A DNA stretch of 64,000 nucleotides from Planktothricoides raciborskii GIHE-MW2 (lineage in GTDB: Bacteria; Cyanobacteriota; Cyanobacteriia; Cyanobacteriales; Laspinemataceae), in NCBI RefSeq assembly GCF_040564635.1, contig NZ_CP159837.1:291801-355800 (forward strand), read 5' to 3'. The position numbers were made by a program, and so were the translations under genes. The notes under the pieces were generated by a model. It saw only the letters and a program-made list of their open reading frames with translations. It was not told where the DNA came from and searched no databases. The first letter of the stretch is position 1. Each line of letters starts with the position of its first letter. Below are positions 30,479 to 41,362 of this stretch, in pieces.

Positions 30479-31510
30479 ATGACGACAAAAACTAAATTTG
30501 GACTGGTTGGGGCAGGGGCGATCGCCCAAGCTTATGCTCAAGCATTTGAAGCCAGTGAAACCGCTGAACTTGTGGGAGTTGCCGATCTGAGAACCGAAGC
30601 TGCCCAAGCCCTCGGCGAAAGATTAGGATGCCCCAGTTACGAATCATATCAAGCAATGGGTGAAGCGTCAGAACTCGACGCAGTAATTATCTGCACCCCT
30701 CCTGTCACCCATGAGGCAATTGCCATACATTTTTTAGAAAGTCAGATTCCTGTTTTGTGCGAAAAACCCCTGAGTATTGACCTTGCAAGTGCTCGGAGAA
30801 TGGTGGATGCAGCGCAAAAAGCCGGAGTAAAACTCACAATGGCTTCAAAATTCCGCTACGTCGAAGATGTCATCAAAGCAAAAAGCATTGTATCTTCGGG
30901 AATTTTAGGGGAAATTGTCTTATTTGAAAATGCTTTTACCTCGCGGGTTGATATGTCATCTCGTTGGAATGCCAAACCAGAAATTTCTGGGGGCGGGGTG
31001 TTAATTGATAACGGCACTCACTCCATTGATATTATGCGCTATTTCCTCGGAAGATTGGCAGAAGTACAGGTAGTCGAAGCCAAACGAATTCAAGGTTTGC
31101 CAGTTGAAGATACGGTGCGTATCTTTGCTAAAAGTGTCAGCGGTGTTGTCGGCAATATCGATCTTTCTTGGAGTATCAACAAAGAACTCGATTACTATAT
31201 CCGAATTTACGGTTCTCAAGGAACAATTTCTGTCGGCTGGCAAGAATCTAAATACCGTCAAAGTTATAGTAAAGATTGGATTAAATTTGGCAATGGCTAC
31301 GACAAAGTACAGGCATTCCGCAGTCAAATTGAAAATTTTGCTAAAGGCATTAAAGATGAAGAAAATCTGTTAATTAATCACGAAGATGCTCTGGCATCTG
31401 TAGAAGTAATTGAAGCCGCTTATGCAGCACTAGAAAACAGCAAGTGGACAAAAGTCGGACATCAAGAAAATATTAAATTCAGAATCGATCGCTTGCAATC
31501 AGCAGCTTAA
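30479..31510 (+). CDS. Gfo/Idh/MocA-family NAD-dependent sugar oxidoreductase
   Basis: N-terminal Rossmann FGLVGAGAIAQ and an EKP motif (LCEKPLS). Length 343 aa. Confidence 0.85.
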   Translation: MTTKTKFGLVGAGAIAQAYAQAFEASETAELVGVADLRTEAAQALGERLGCPSYESYQAMGEASELDAVIICTPPVTHEAIAIHFLESQIPVLCEKPLSIDLASARRMVDAAQKAGVKLTMASKFRYVEDVIKAKSIVSSGILGEIVLFENAFTSRVDMSSRWNAKPEISGGGVLIDNGTHSIDIMRYFLGRLAEVQVVEAKRIQGLPVEDTVRIFAKSVSGVVGNIDLSWSINKELDYYIRIYGSQGTISVGWQESKYRQSYSKDWIKFGNGYDKVQAFRSQIENFAKGIKDEENLLINHEDALASVEVIEAAYAALENSKWTKVGHQENIKFRIDRLQSAA

Positions 31511-31664
31511 TTTTCACCTGTTTATGGTGGGCTATGCCCACCAACATTCCCTAGGGGTAAATACCCACCATATCTGATGGATCAACCATCAATCCTAAAG
31601 CGTAATTATTGTTTGGATAAAAATCAGAAAAAAATTATCCTTGAGTAACCCATGAGGTTTTGAT

Positions 31665-32288
31665 ATGACGGTTAAAATTCATCCCACAGCCAACATTGAA
31701 TTAGGGGTGACAATTGGCGAAAAAACATCTATCTGGGACAATGTGCATATTCGTCACTCCACTCAAATTGGCGAAGAATGTATTATTGGGGAAAAAAGTT
31801 ATATTGCTTATGGGGTGACGATTGGCGATCGCGTGAAAATAAACGCTTTTGTCTATATTTGCACCGCTGTCACCATAGAAGATGGAGTGATGATTTCAGC
31901 CTCAACTACCTTTACTAATGACCGCTTTCCCAGAGCCACCACTTCAGATTTAAAACAGTTAAGAACCTCCGATCCCGATGACCATACTTTGCCAACTCTG
32001 GTCAAAGAAGGAGCAACCATTGGTGCCGGTTGTACCATTGGTAATAACCTGGAAATTGGTCGTTTTGCGATGATTGGCATGGGGTCTTTGGTGACTAAAT
32101 CAATCCCGGATTTTCATCTGGCAATTGGCCATCCAGCGAAGTCCATTGGTTGCGTGTGTCGCTGTGGAGAACCTTTGCTTCGTTTCACCCATGAAACAGA
32201 ACAATTTGACGAGGTTACTTGTTCTGTTTGCGGATTAAAATACTCTGTAAAACATCAAGTGGTGACAGAACTTACTCCTCCCGTTTGA
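31665..32288 (+). CDS. left-handed beta-helix (hexapeptide) sugar N-acyltransferase with C-terminal Cys4 ribbon
   Basis: Repeating [LIV]G hexads. The C-terminus has CVCRCG ... CSVCG. Confidence 0.8.
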   Translation: MTVKIHPTANIELGVTIGEKTSIWDNVHIRHSTQIGEECIIGEKSYIAYGVTIGDRVKINAFVYICTAVTIEDGVMISASTTFTNDRFPRATTSDLKQLRTSDPDDHTLPTLVKEGATIGAGCTIGNNLEIGRFAMIGMGSLVTKSIPDFHLAIGHPAKSIGCVCRCGEPLLRFTHETEQFDEVTCSVCGLKYSVKHQVVTELTPPV

Positions 32289-32324
32289 AATGATTACAAG
32301 ACCGGAAAAGTAGGAGCATAACCG

Positions 32325-33689
32325 ATGAGCGATCGCAATTTATCATCTACCATAAAAAATCCCCAGATAGAACATCCCAAAACAGAAAGTTGGGCAATTA
32401 TCGGTGGTGGGATGCTGGGCATGACTTTAGCCCATCGTCTGGTGCAACAAGGCAAAAATGTCACCTTATTTGAAAGTGCCAATTATTTAGGTGGATTGGC
32501 AAGTGCTTGGCAACTGGGTGATTTAGTTTGGGATCGCCATTATCATGTCACCTTGTTGTCAGATACTTATTTAAAAAATCTGTTAGATGAACTGGGTTTA
32601 GCCGCCGAAATGCAATGGGTGGAAACTCGCACCGGCTTATATACCAATGGCAAGTTATATTCGATTTCTAATAGTATCGAATTTCTTCGAGATTTTCCCC
32701 TAGGGTTACTCGGTAAAATCCGCTTTGCTTTAACCATTCTCTATGGGTCAAAAATTAAAAATTGGCAAAAACTAGAAAAAATATCTGTGAGTGATTGGCT
32801 AATCCGCTGGTCGGGCAAGTCGGTGTTTGAGAAAATTTGGTTGCCCCTACTGCGATCGAAGCTGGGAGAGAACTATAAAATCGCGTCTGCTTCCTTTATT
32901 TGGGCAATTATTGCCCGACTATATGCGGCCCGTCGTACCGGATTGAAAAAAGAAATGTTTGGCTATGTTCCCGGTGGATATGCCAAAATTATCGATCGCT
33001 TTGCCCAAGTTTTAGCGGCAGAAAATGTTAAGATAGAACTCGGTCATCGGGTGACAAGAATTGAGCGATTTAACCAAGGCATCAAGATTCAGTTTGACAA
33101 TGGGCATGAAGCAAGGTGCGATCGCGTAATTGTCACCTGCGCTGCCCCAATTGCCGCGCAAATTTGCCCGGACTTAACCGCTGATGAAATCAATCGACTC
33201 AAAGCCATTCAATATCAGGGAATTATTTGTGCTTCTCTGCTATTGAAGAAGCCTTTATCTGACTTCTATGTCACCAACATTACTGAGGACTGGGTTCCCT
33301 TTACCGGGGTAATTGAAATGTCCGCCTTAGTCGATCTCCAAAACTTCCACGGCAATGCTTTGGTTTACCTGCCGAAATATGTCACCCAAAACGACCCGGA
33401 TTTTGCTTTATCTGATTCAGAAATTAAAGCAAAATTCATTCAAGGTCTGCAAAGGATGTATCCGGAGTTTGACCCCAGGGACATCCTCTGTTTCCAAGTC
33501 TCGAAAGTCCGGTATGTCCTGGCAATTTCTACCCTAAATTACTCAGAAATGTTGCCGCAAATTAACACCTCTATCCCCGGATTACATATTATCAACACCG
33601 CGCATATTCTCAACGGCACATTGAATGTGAATGAAACCATTCAGCTTGCGGAAAAAGTAAGTCAACAGCTTTTTACTCTGCCTATTTAA
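32325..33689 (+). CDS. FAD/NAD(P)-binding amine-oxidase-fold oxidoreductase
   Basis: IIGGGMLGMTLAHRL ... ESANYLGGLA dinucleotide-binding start. Length 454 aa. Confidence 0.7.
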   Translation: MSDRNLSSTIKNPQIEHPKTESWAIIGGGMLGMTLAHRLVQQGKNVTLFESANYLGGLASAWQLGDLVWDRHYHVTLLSDTYLKNLLDELGLAAEMQWVETRTGLYTNGKLYSISNSIEFLRDFPLGLLGKIRFALTILYGSKIKNWQKLEKISVSDWLIRWSGKSVFEKIWLPLLRSKLGENYKIASASFIWAIIARLYAARRTGLKKEMFGYVPGGYAKIIDRFAQVLAAENVKIELGHRVTRIERFNQGIKIQFDNGHEARCDRVIVTCAAPIAAQICPDLTADEINRLKAIQYQGIICASLLLKKPLSDFYVTNITEDWVPFTGVIEMSALVDLQNFHGNALVYLPKYVTQNDPDFALSDSEIKAKFIQGLQRMYPEFDPRDILCFQVSKVRYVLAISTLNYSEMLPQINTSIPGLHIINTAHILNGTLNVNETIQLAEKVSQQLFTLPI

Positions 33690-33719
33690 CCTTGAAAACC
33701 ACCACAAGGAGGTGAATAT

Positions 33720-34388
33720 ATGAACCAGCTATCTTCCATAAAACTTTTACCACCAGAGACCTTGTTAAAAACTGGTGCCGTCGATCATGCTGATTGGAAC
33801 TATCGACCTATTTTAGGCTGGATTCAACGTCAAAGATTTAATCTGATTATATCTTTGTTGGCCAAAGAAAGGGTCAATCGACTTTTAGAAGTCGGTTATG
33901 GCAGTGGTGTCTTTATGCCTGAATTAAGCGATCGCTGTCGGGAACTGTACGGAATTGATATTCACCAAAAACAAGCATCAGTGAATAAAGTTTTGGCCGA
34001 ATTTAATATTTCAGCAAAACTTTATTCGGGTAGTGCCACATTACTCCCATTTAAAAATAATTTTTTTGACTGTTTAGTGGCCGTTAGCAGTCTTGAATTT
34101 ATTGATAATTTAGATGCAGCTTCTCAGGAAATGCAGCGAGTTCTCAAGCCGGGAGGTTCTCTAGTTGTTGTGACTCCAGGTGCTTCAAAAATTGTGGATA
34201 TCGGATTAAAACTTCTTACGGGAAAAAGTGCGAAAAATGACTATGGCGATCGCCGTCAATCATTAATTCCTACTTTGCTGAAATATTTTACCATTCAACA
34301 AAAAACTACCGTACCTAGATTTGACAGTGGTCTGTTCTGTCTTTACACTGGCTTAAAACTTTGCCCTCGTCTTAAGAAGAAAATTTAA
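33720..34388 (+). CDS. class I SAM-dependent methyltransferase
   Basis: Motif I LEVGYGSGVF and a post-I acidic residue. Length 222 aa. Confidence 0.75.
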   Translation: MNQLSSIKLLPPETLLKTGAVDHADWNYRPILGWIQRQRFNLIISLLAKERVNRLLEVGYGSGVFMPELSDRCRELYGIDIHQKQASVNKVLAEFNISAKLYSGSATLLPFKNNFFDCLVAVSSLEFIDNLDAASQEMQRVLKPGGSLVVVTPGASKIVDIGLKLLTGKSAKNDYGDRRQSLIPTLLKYFTIQQKTTVPRFDSGLFCLYTGLKLCPRLKKKI

Positions 34389-34470
34389 CCGATCGCTCCC
34401 GACTAAGATCAATCACAATCCCTGAAAAATTAACAATTTTATCCTTAGCTAAAAAAATCGGTAGTTTTAT

Positions 34471-36141
34471 ATGAAAAACACGATAAAAATCAGATTAACG
34501 ACTAATGAAAATTGGCAATTTTTGCCTAATTCATTTAAGTTTTTATTAGTTGTAGTTTTAGCGATCGGCATTTTTTTTAGGTTTGCTAACCTGGAGCAAA
34601 AAATTTACTGGGGCGATGAAGCTTTTACTTCTCTGTGGATTTCTGGTCATACATCAACGGAGTTAATGGCCAGTCTTTTTACCGGGGAAATTATTCAAGT
34701 TGAAGACTTCCAAAAATATCAGGGTATTTTTCCGGGAAATAACGTCATTGATACCGTGAATGCTCTAGCAAAAGATACTCCTTTGATGCCACCACTGTAC
34801 TTTGCCCTGGTGCGCTGTTGGGTGGGAGTTTTTGGTGACTCGATCGCCGCTATAAGAGCGCTTTCTGCTGTGATTAGTTTATTCGTATTTCCAGCGATCT
34901 ATTGGCTATGTTGGGAATTGTTTAATTCATCATTAGTCGGATGGATTGTGATCGCCCTTACCGCTGTATGTCCTTATCAAGTTTTATACGCCCAAGAAGC
35001 GAGACCATATATCTTATGGGCAGTGACAATTTTACTTTCTAGTGCCTGTTTACTCCGAGCCATCAGGATTAATAAACCGCTCAATTGGGGCATATATGCG
35101 ATCGCTTTGACTGCCAGTCTATACACGCATCTATTTTCTGTATTTGTGGCCGTCGGGCAGGGAATTTATCTTCTCATAATTCACCGGTTTCGCTTGAATA
35201 AAATATCGATCAACTATTTGCTATCTTCTTTGGCAGCAGTCCTCTTATTTTTCCCTTGGTTTTTATGCATCATAAAATTTCAACAGTATTATCCAGATAG
35301 TTCTGGTGCTTCTATTTTTACTTTATCCAAGCGCTTAATCGGTTTGTTTACTCGATGCTTTATCGATTTCGGATCGGATTATTCAGACTCAGTTATAACA
35401 CTTATTATAATGACGATAATGAGCAGTATTATTATTATACTAATTGGTTATAGCTTTTGGTTTTTAATTTTTCATAATCCTGTGAAAATATGGGGTTTTG
35501 TGCTTCTGTCGAGTCTGCCAATCCTGCCTCTAGCCGTTTTGAGGGATTTAATCAAAGTATCTCAAGTGCTTCTAACCAGTCCAAGATATTTGTTTCCGGT
35601 TATTTTATATGTACAAATATCTGTGGCTTATTTGATATATATTTGGCTTCAAGGCAATCAAACAAATCATAAAAAATACCGAATTGTTTTCGTATCATTA
35701 ATTGCATCAGGTATATTATCTTCTGCCGTTAGCTTGCCAGCCGAAACTTGGTGGAATAAGCCAATCCCAATTCAATATCCTCGAATTGTCGAGAAGATAA
35801 ATCAATCTCAAAATGCCCTCATTATTAGTGATAGTTACTTATGGGCGATGTGGAATTTAATTTACTATCCTAACTTGGATACTTCAAATCTACAGTTTCA
35901 ATTGTTTACCCCCGAAACCCTAGAAATGTTTGACTTTGCTCAAAACATTAACATGAAATCAAGAGTTACTGGGAAGAATACAGCCAGGGACGATGAAAAT
36001 CAAAAAATATTTTTATTCTGGCCATCTAAGGAGTTGATTAATAAATTAAAAAATACTCATAATTGGGCTGTTGAATCTGTAAAAAATGTAAATTTTTTAT
36101 GGAATGTTACATCTCTAAGCCAGAAAAATAATATATCCTAA
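34471..36141 (+). CDS. GT-C fold (ArnT/PMT, GT39/83-like) polytopic membrane glycosyltransferase, paralog 1
   Basis: About 11 TM helices with a first-loop acidic motif (WGDEAF) typical of lipid-linked-donor GT-C enzymes. The 5' ~620 bp are near-identical to the next gene. Confidence 0.7.
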   Translation: MKNTIKIRLTTNENWQFLPNSFKFLLVVVLAIGIFFRFANLEQKIYWGDEAFTSLWISGHTSTELMASLFTGEIIQVEDFQKYQGIFPGNNVIDTVNALAKDTPLMPPLYFALVRCWVGVFGDSIAAIRALSAVISLFVFPAIYWLCWELFNSSLVGWIVIALTAVCPYQVLYAQEARPYILWAVTILLSSACLLRAIRINKPLNWGIYAIALTASLYTHLFSVFVAVGQGIYLLIIHRFRLNKISINYLLSSLAAVLLFFPWFLCIIKFQQYYPDSSGASIFTLSKRLIGLFTRCFIDFGSDYSDSVITLIIMTIMSSIIIILIGYSFWFLIFHNPVKIWGFVLLSSLPILPLAVLRDLIKVSQVLLTSPRYLFPVILYVQISVAYLIYIWLQGNQTNHKKYRIVFVSLIASGILSSAVSLPAETWWNKPIPIQYPRIVEKINQSQNALIISDSYLWAMWNLIYYPNLDTSNLQFQLFTPETLEMFDFAQNINMKSRVTGKNTARDDENQKIFLFWPSKELINKLKNTHNWAVESVKNVNFLWNVTSLSQKNNIS

Positions 36142-36325
36142 AGTGAATCAAAAATATTGTCTTACTTTACCCCTGTCTGAAGTATGGGTGAGATTTATAT
36201 CCTAATAAACGGATATATTTTCTAGATACATTCGTCATAAAAAATCAAGGCAATTTTCAACACAATAAACAAAAAATGCGATTTTTATAAATAAAATTTG
36301 GTCTGATTTTAGACCGAGGATAACT

Positions 36326-37945
36326 ATGAAAACAATGAATATTTTTTTAAATAATCATTGCCAAATTAACCCTAAATGGCTAAGATTTATCATTATCTCC
36401 GCTTTAGCAATCGGCATTTTTTTTAGATTTGCTAACCTGGAGCAAAAAATTTATTGGGGCGATGAAGCTTTTACTTCTCTGTGGATTTCTGGTCATACAT
36501 CAACGGAGTTAATGGCCAGTCTTTTTACCGGGGAAATTATTCAAGTTGAAGACTTCCAAAAATATCAGGGTATTTTTCCGGGAAATAACGTCATTGATAC
36601 CGTGAATGCTCTAGCAAAAGATACTCCTTTGATGCCACCACTGTACTTTGCCCTGGTGCGCTGTTGGGTGGGAGTTTTTGGTGACTCGATCGCCGCTATA
36701 AGAGCGCTTTCTGCTGTGATTAGTTTATTCGTATTTCCAGCGATCTATTGGCTATGTTGGGAATTGTTTAATTCATCATTAGTCGGATGGATTGCGATCG
36801 CCCTTACCGCTGTATGTCCTTATCAAGTTTTATACGCCCAAGAAGCGAGACCATATATCTTATGGGCAGTGACAATTTTACTTTCTAGTGCCTGTTTACT
36901 CCGAGCCATCAGGATTAATAAACCGCTCAATTGGGGCATATATGCGATCGCTTTGACTGCCAGTCTATACACACATCTATTTTCTGTATTTGTGGCCGTC
37001 GGGCATGGAATTTATCTTCTGATCTTAGAACGGTTTCGACTGAGTAAAATCTTGATGGCTTATTTGATAGCATCTGTTGGGGGGATGTTGGCGTTTTCTC
37101 CCTGGATTTTATTGATCCTAAAATTTCAAGAGTATTATCGAGAGCAACCCGGGGCTTCTATCTTTGTTATAGCCAAGCGCTTAATCGGGATTCTGCCTAG
37201 AATTATTATCGATTTCGGCTCTGGCTATTCAGACTCGGTTCTGAAAATTTCTGTGATGCTGATCTTAAATTCCCTCGTCTTGGCATTTATCTGCTATGCT
37301 TTTTGGGTGACTATTTGTAAAAATCCTCTAAAAATTTCCGCCTTTTTGGTAATTTTTACCTGGTTTATCTTACTGGTGACAGTGTTCAGAGATTTAAATT
37401 CAACTTCTGGAGTTCTACTAACCAACAAAAGATATTTGTTTCCGGTTGTTATGGGTATAGAAATATCCATAGCGGATTTTTTATCCTACCAACTAAGTCA
37501 GAAAAAAATCCCTCAAAGGCTCTGTCATATTATTTTATTAGGATTGATTTCATCAGGAATTTTATCTGGGGCGATTAGTCTGCCGTCAAAAACTTGGTGG
37601 AATAAGGAGGTTGGCAATGACTATACTGAAATTGTGGAGCAAATAAATCAATATCAAAATCCAGTTGTAATCAGCGACACGAAATTGTGGGTAATCTGGA
37701 ATTTAATTTACTATCATAAATTGGACAAATCAAAGTTAAAATTGCAGTTGTTTACTCCCAAAACTCTTCATATGTTTAACCCTGAAAAAACTGACGCAAA
37801 TATTTCTGATACCAGCACCGTAGACTATGGGAATAGCGATTTACTTTTATTTTATCCCTCTCCAGGATTAATTGCTAAATTTGAAGCCTCTAGTGATGGA
37901 AAATTGGCATCTGTAAATAAGTTAAGATTATGGTCACTTAAATAA
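36326..37945 (+). CDS. GT-C fold (ArnT/PMT-like) membrane glycosyltransferase, paralog 2
   Basis: Same architecture as paralog 1. The N-terminal ~205 aa are about 99% identical to paralog 1 and the C-terminal half has diverged. Confidence 0.7.
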   Translation: MKTMNIFLNNHCQINPKWLRFIIISALAIGIFFRFANLEQKIYWGDEAFTSLWISGHTSTELMASLFTGEIIQVEDFQKYQGIFPGNNVIDTVNALAKDTPLMPPLYFALVRCWVGVFGDSIAAIRALSAVISLFVFPAIYWLCWELFNSSLVGWIAIALTAVCPYQVLYAQEARPYILWAVTILLSSACLLRAIRINKPLNWGIYAIALTASLYTHLFSVFVAVGHGIYLLILERFRLSKILMAYLIASVGGMLAFSPWILLILKFQEYYREQPGASIFVIAKRLIGILPRIIIDFGSGYSDSVLKISVMLILNSLVLAFICYAFWVTICKNPLKISAFLVIFTWFILLVTVFRDLNSTSGVLLTNKRYLFPVVMGIEISIADFLSYQLSQKKIPQRLCHIILLGLISSGILSGAISLPSKTWWNKEVGNDYTEIVEQINQYQNPVVISDTKLWVIWNLIYYHKLDKSKLKLQLFTPKTLHMFNPEKTDANISDTSTVDYGNSDLLLFYPSPGLIAKFEASSDGKLASVNKLRLWSLK

Positions 37946-38186
37946 TTATTAGCTCAAAAATAATTAAAATTCAACCCAGCGACCTGCCTGGGCTATGGCA
38001 ATTGAAAAATCGCGATCGCTTGAGTCAGTCAAGTACCAAATTGCAAAAAAAGTAAATTTTTGTAACATAATGCCAAACTGGCAACACAGCTAGATGAATC
38101 GGGTTTTTCATAGGGATATAGAAATTTTCAGCGATTCGTCGGCAAGGCGATCGCAGTTCACCGACTCACCCGAAAAGGAGTAATCC

Positions 38187-38522
38187 ATGAGTAATCAACC
38201 CTTGACCACATTGGAGAAATCTACTATAACTTCGGAAATTGTCTCCCTAATTTTGGCCAATGTTCGGGACATTGCCGAGGAACAAGATATAGAAATTTCT
38301 GATAATTTAGACGAAAATACTCCGCTGTTTGGTAAGCACGGCTTATTTGATTCCTTGGGACTGGTCTCCCTGGTGGTCGCGGTGGAAGAAGCGATCGCCG
38401 ATAAATATGGAGTTACTGTGAGTCTCGCGGATGAAAAAGCCATGTCCCAAAAGCACAGCCCCTATCGTAATATCAGTTCTCTAGCTGAATATGCCAGTAG
38501 TTTAATTCCTACGGAAACGTAA
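38187..38522 (+). CDS. acyl carrier protein-like (phosphopantetheine attachment DSL motif)
   Basis: GLFDSLGLVSLVVAVEEA in an acidic 111-aa protein. Confidence 0.65.
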   Translation: MSNQPLTTLEKSTITSEIVSLILANVRDIAEEQDIEISDNLDENTPLFGKHGLFDSLGLVSLVVAVEEAIADKYGVTVSLADEKAMSQKHSPYRNISSLAEYASSLIPTET

Positions 38523-38527
38523 ATAAT

Positions 38528-39226
38528 ATGGATCATCCGATTACTTTGATTACCGGAACTCGCAAAGGAATTGGCAAATTTTTAGCCGAACACTATGTCG
38601 CCCAAGGACATCATGTCATTGGTTGCAGTCGCGGGGAAATCGATTGGAAATTAGACGGTTATATTCATTACGTCGCGGATGTTGCGGATGAAAAAGCGGT
38701 TCAGGCAATTTTTGCCGATTTACGCCAAACTTATGGTCGGCTAGATCATTTAATTAATAATGCGGGAATGGCTTCTATGAATCATTCTTTGCTCACTCCC
38801 GTTTCCACAGTTCACAAACTGTTAGATACGAATGTGGTCGGCACTTTTCTCTTTTGTCGAGAAGCGGCTAAATTAATGAAAAAAAATAAGTATGGTCGCA
38901 TCGTGAATTTCACCACGATCGCCGTACCCCTGAAATTAGCAGGAGAAGCAATTTATGTAGCATCAAAAGCAGCAGTGCTTTCTTTAACGGAAGTTTTAGC
39001 CAGAGAATTTGCGGAATTTGGCATTACGGTTAATTCCGTGGGTCCCGTACCCATTGAGACGGATTTAATTCGGGCTGTCCCGAAAGAAAAAATTGACCAG
39101 TTACTTGCCAAACAAGCGATTCACCGTTTGGGAACCTGTGAAGATGTGGCTAATGTGATTGACTTTTATCTCAAAAAAGAAAGTGGCTTAGTTACAGGTC
39201 AAAATCTGTTTTTAGGGGGCGTCTAA
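38528..39226 (+). CDS. SDR-family oxidoreductase (FabG-like ketoacyl reductase)
   Basis: TGTRKGIGK, NNAG and YVASKAAV (YxxxK). Confidence 0.85.
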   Translation: MDHPITLITGTRKGIGKFLAEHYVAQGHHVIGCSRGEIDWKLDGYIHYVADVADEKAVQAIFADLRQTYGRLDHLINNAGMASMNHSLLTPVSTVHKLLDTNVVGTFLFCREAAKLMKKNKYGRIVNFTTIAVPLKLAGEAIYVASKAAVLSLTEVLAREFAEFGITVNSVGPVPIETDLIRAVPKEKIDQLLAKQAIHRLGTCEDVANVIDFYLKKESGLVTGQNLFLGGV

Positions 39227-39288
39227 TTTTTGAGATAATCATTGATTATTTAACGGTTTCTCATTGTTAATTACTGGAGAAGCTGAAG

Positions 39289-39789
39289 ATGAGTAAAATC
39301 ATTTTTTCCTCGGTGCTGAATAGTGATTATTATGATGATTTAGAAAAGCTGATGTTTTTCAACCCCCAACAAGAAAAAGTCAGAAATGAGGTAATTTCAG
39401 CGGTAGAACGCTATGGTCAACCGAAAATTTACCGGGATGGCGATCGCCTGAGAATTGGGGTGGGTTCTTTCTCAATGGTGCAAGCATTATTTGCCCTGAA
39501 TGGTCAAAAAGCCGATCGGCAATTGCTGGGGATGATTGCTTATATGCGCGAAAATCCTGACAATATGGCGATTTTGCATATCGTGGTGCGAGAAGACTAT
39601 TCTGCGGTGGGAATTCATGGTAATGAAATGTTACTAATGCACTTAATCGATCGCGTCAGGGAAATTGCCGCTAAAATTAAAGGCATAAGTTGCGTAACCC
39701 TTGCCTATAAATCAGAAAAAATTACCAAAATTCCGGTCAAACACCGAATGGCTGAATCAGGAATTACGCATGAGGTCGGTAGGGTGTGA
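39289..39789 (+). CDS. hypothetical protein (possible acyl-CoA N-acyltransferase-like fold)
   Basis: 166-aa ORF in operon context. I recognise no strong motif. Confidence 0.45.
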   Translation: MSKIIFSSVLNSDYYDDLEKLMFFNPQQEKVRNEVISAVERYGQPKIYRDGDRLRIGVGSFSMVQALFALNGQKADRQLLGMIAYMRENPDNMAILHIVVREDYSAVGIHGNEMLLMHLIDRVREIAAKIKGISCVTLAYKSEKITKIPVKHRMAESGITHEVGRV

Positions 39790-39874
39790 AAGCGCAAAGC
39801 GTAACGTACCAATATCCCATATAAGTAGACGGGCAGAAATAACCACAGACCCAATGAGAAAAAAACTGTCATTC

Positions 39875-39900
39875 CCGCGAAGGCGGGAATCCACAGCCTA
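39875..39900. repeat. second copy of the gtcattcccgcgaaggcgggaat hairpin core
   Basis: Matches the core at 24037-24062. Confidence 0.5.
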
Positions 39901-40015
39901 TCGGCGGGGAAAGAAAAGTGAAATTAATTATGTTCACCTACTTATAGAGTCGTTGCGTAAGTCATAAGGATGTTTGAAATAAATTAATTTAACCAAAAAT
40001 TATGGAGGTTTTTAA

Positions 40016-41362
40016 GTGTATATTGACTTTTTACTTGACATATTTAATCGCCACCGAGAACAAGAGGCAATCGTCTGGCGAAACCAGCTATTTTCCTACG
40101 ATTGGCTATTAAATGCGATCGCCGATTGGCGCGAAAAACTTAGGGGAATTGAAGGGTTAGTGGTCAGCTTGGAAGCAGATTTTTCGCCCAACGCGATCGC
40201 CTTGTTGTTAGTTTTAATCGAACAGAACTGCATCATTGTTCCCCTGAGTAGTTCTGTAGACATGAAAAAAGCGGAATTTCGGGAAATTGCTGAGGTAGAA
40301 ACAATCATTAAAGTCAGTGATTTAGAAGCAGTGGAAATTGAGGAAACGCCCATCACTGCCACTCACGAACTTTTGCTAAAACTGAAACAGCAAAGCAGAC
40401 CGGGACTGATTCTCTTTTCCTCCGGTTCTACGGGAAAAAGTAAAGCGACCGTCCATGATTTTGTGCCGCTGTTAGAAAAATTTAAAGAACCACGCCAATT
40501 TTTACGCACCCTGACTTTTTTACTCTTCGATCATATCGGCGGAATTAATACCTTATTTTATAGTTTAGCCAATGGGGGATTAGTGGTTAGTATTGAAGAT
40601 AGGTCGCCGGATGTAGTTTGCCAAGCCATTGAAAAATACAAGCTGGAATTATTACCTACTTCACCCACTTTTATCAATTTAATCTTGTTGAGTGAAGCCT
40701 ACAAACGCTATGATATTTCTAGTCTTAAGCTGGTGACTTATGGCACGGAAGTCATGGCAGAAACCACCTTAAAACGATTTAACCAACTATTTCCCAATGT
40801 TAGATTATTACAAACCTATGGATTATCAGAAATTGGCATTATGCGATCAAAGTCAAAATCTTCTGATTCTTTGTGGGTAAAAGTTGGGGGCGAAGGATTT
40901 GAAACTCGCATCGTGGATGGTCAGCTAGAAATTAAAGCAAAATCCGCCATGTTGGGCTACATGAATGCACCGAGTCCTTTTACGGAAGATGGCTGGTTAA
41001 AAACTGGTGATGCGGTAGAAGTTGACGGAGAATATATTAGATTTTTAGGCCGAAAATCAGAAATGATTAATGTGGGTGGGGAAAAAGTTTACCCCGCAGA
41101 AGTCGAAAGTGTTCTTCAGTTAATGGACGGAGTGGACGATGTGGCCGTTTGCGCGGAAAAAAACCCAATTACCGGGCAAATTGTTAAGGCCAAAGTTAAA
41201 CTAAGTACCAATGAAAGCCTCCCAGAATTTAGAAAACGAATGTGGAGTTTTTGTCAAAAAACAATGCCTAAATTTAAAATTCCCCAAAAAGTCGTTTTGG
41301 CAAATGATTGGATGCATAGCGAACGGTTTAAGAAAATGAGGAGGGACATTGAAACTGGTTGA
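40016..41362 (+). CDS. AMP-dependent synthetase/ligase (short acyl-ACP/CoA synthetase-like adenylating enzyme)
   Basis: AMP-binding P-loop LFSSGSTGKSKAT, plus YGLSE and GWLKTGD motifs. Length 448 aa. Confidence 0.85.
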   Translation: MYIDFLLDIFNRHREQEAIVWRNQLFSYDWLLNAIADWREKLRGIEGLVVSLEADFSPNAIALLLVLIEQNCIIVPLSSSVDMKKAEFREIAEVETIIKVSDLEAVEIEETPITATHELLLKLKQQSRPGLILFSSGSTGKSKATVHDFVPLLEKFKEPRQFLRTLTFLLFDHIGGINTLFYSLANGGLVVSIEDRSPDVVCQAIEKYKLELLPTSPTFINLILLSEAYKRYDISSLKLVTYGTEVMAETTLKRFNQLFPNVRLLQTYGLSEIGIMRSKSKSSDSLWVKVGGEGFETRIVDGQLEIKAKSAMLGYMNAPSPFTEDGWLKTGDAVEVDGEYIRFLGRKSEMINVGGEKVYPAEVESVLQLMDGVDDVAVCAEKNPITGQIVKAKVKLSTNESLPEFRKRMWSFCQKTMPKFKIPQKVVLANDWMHSERFKKMRRDIETG

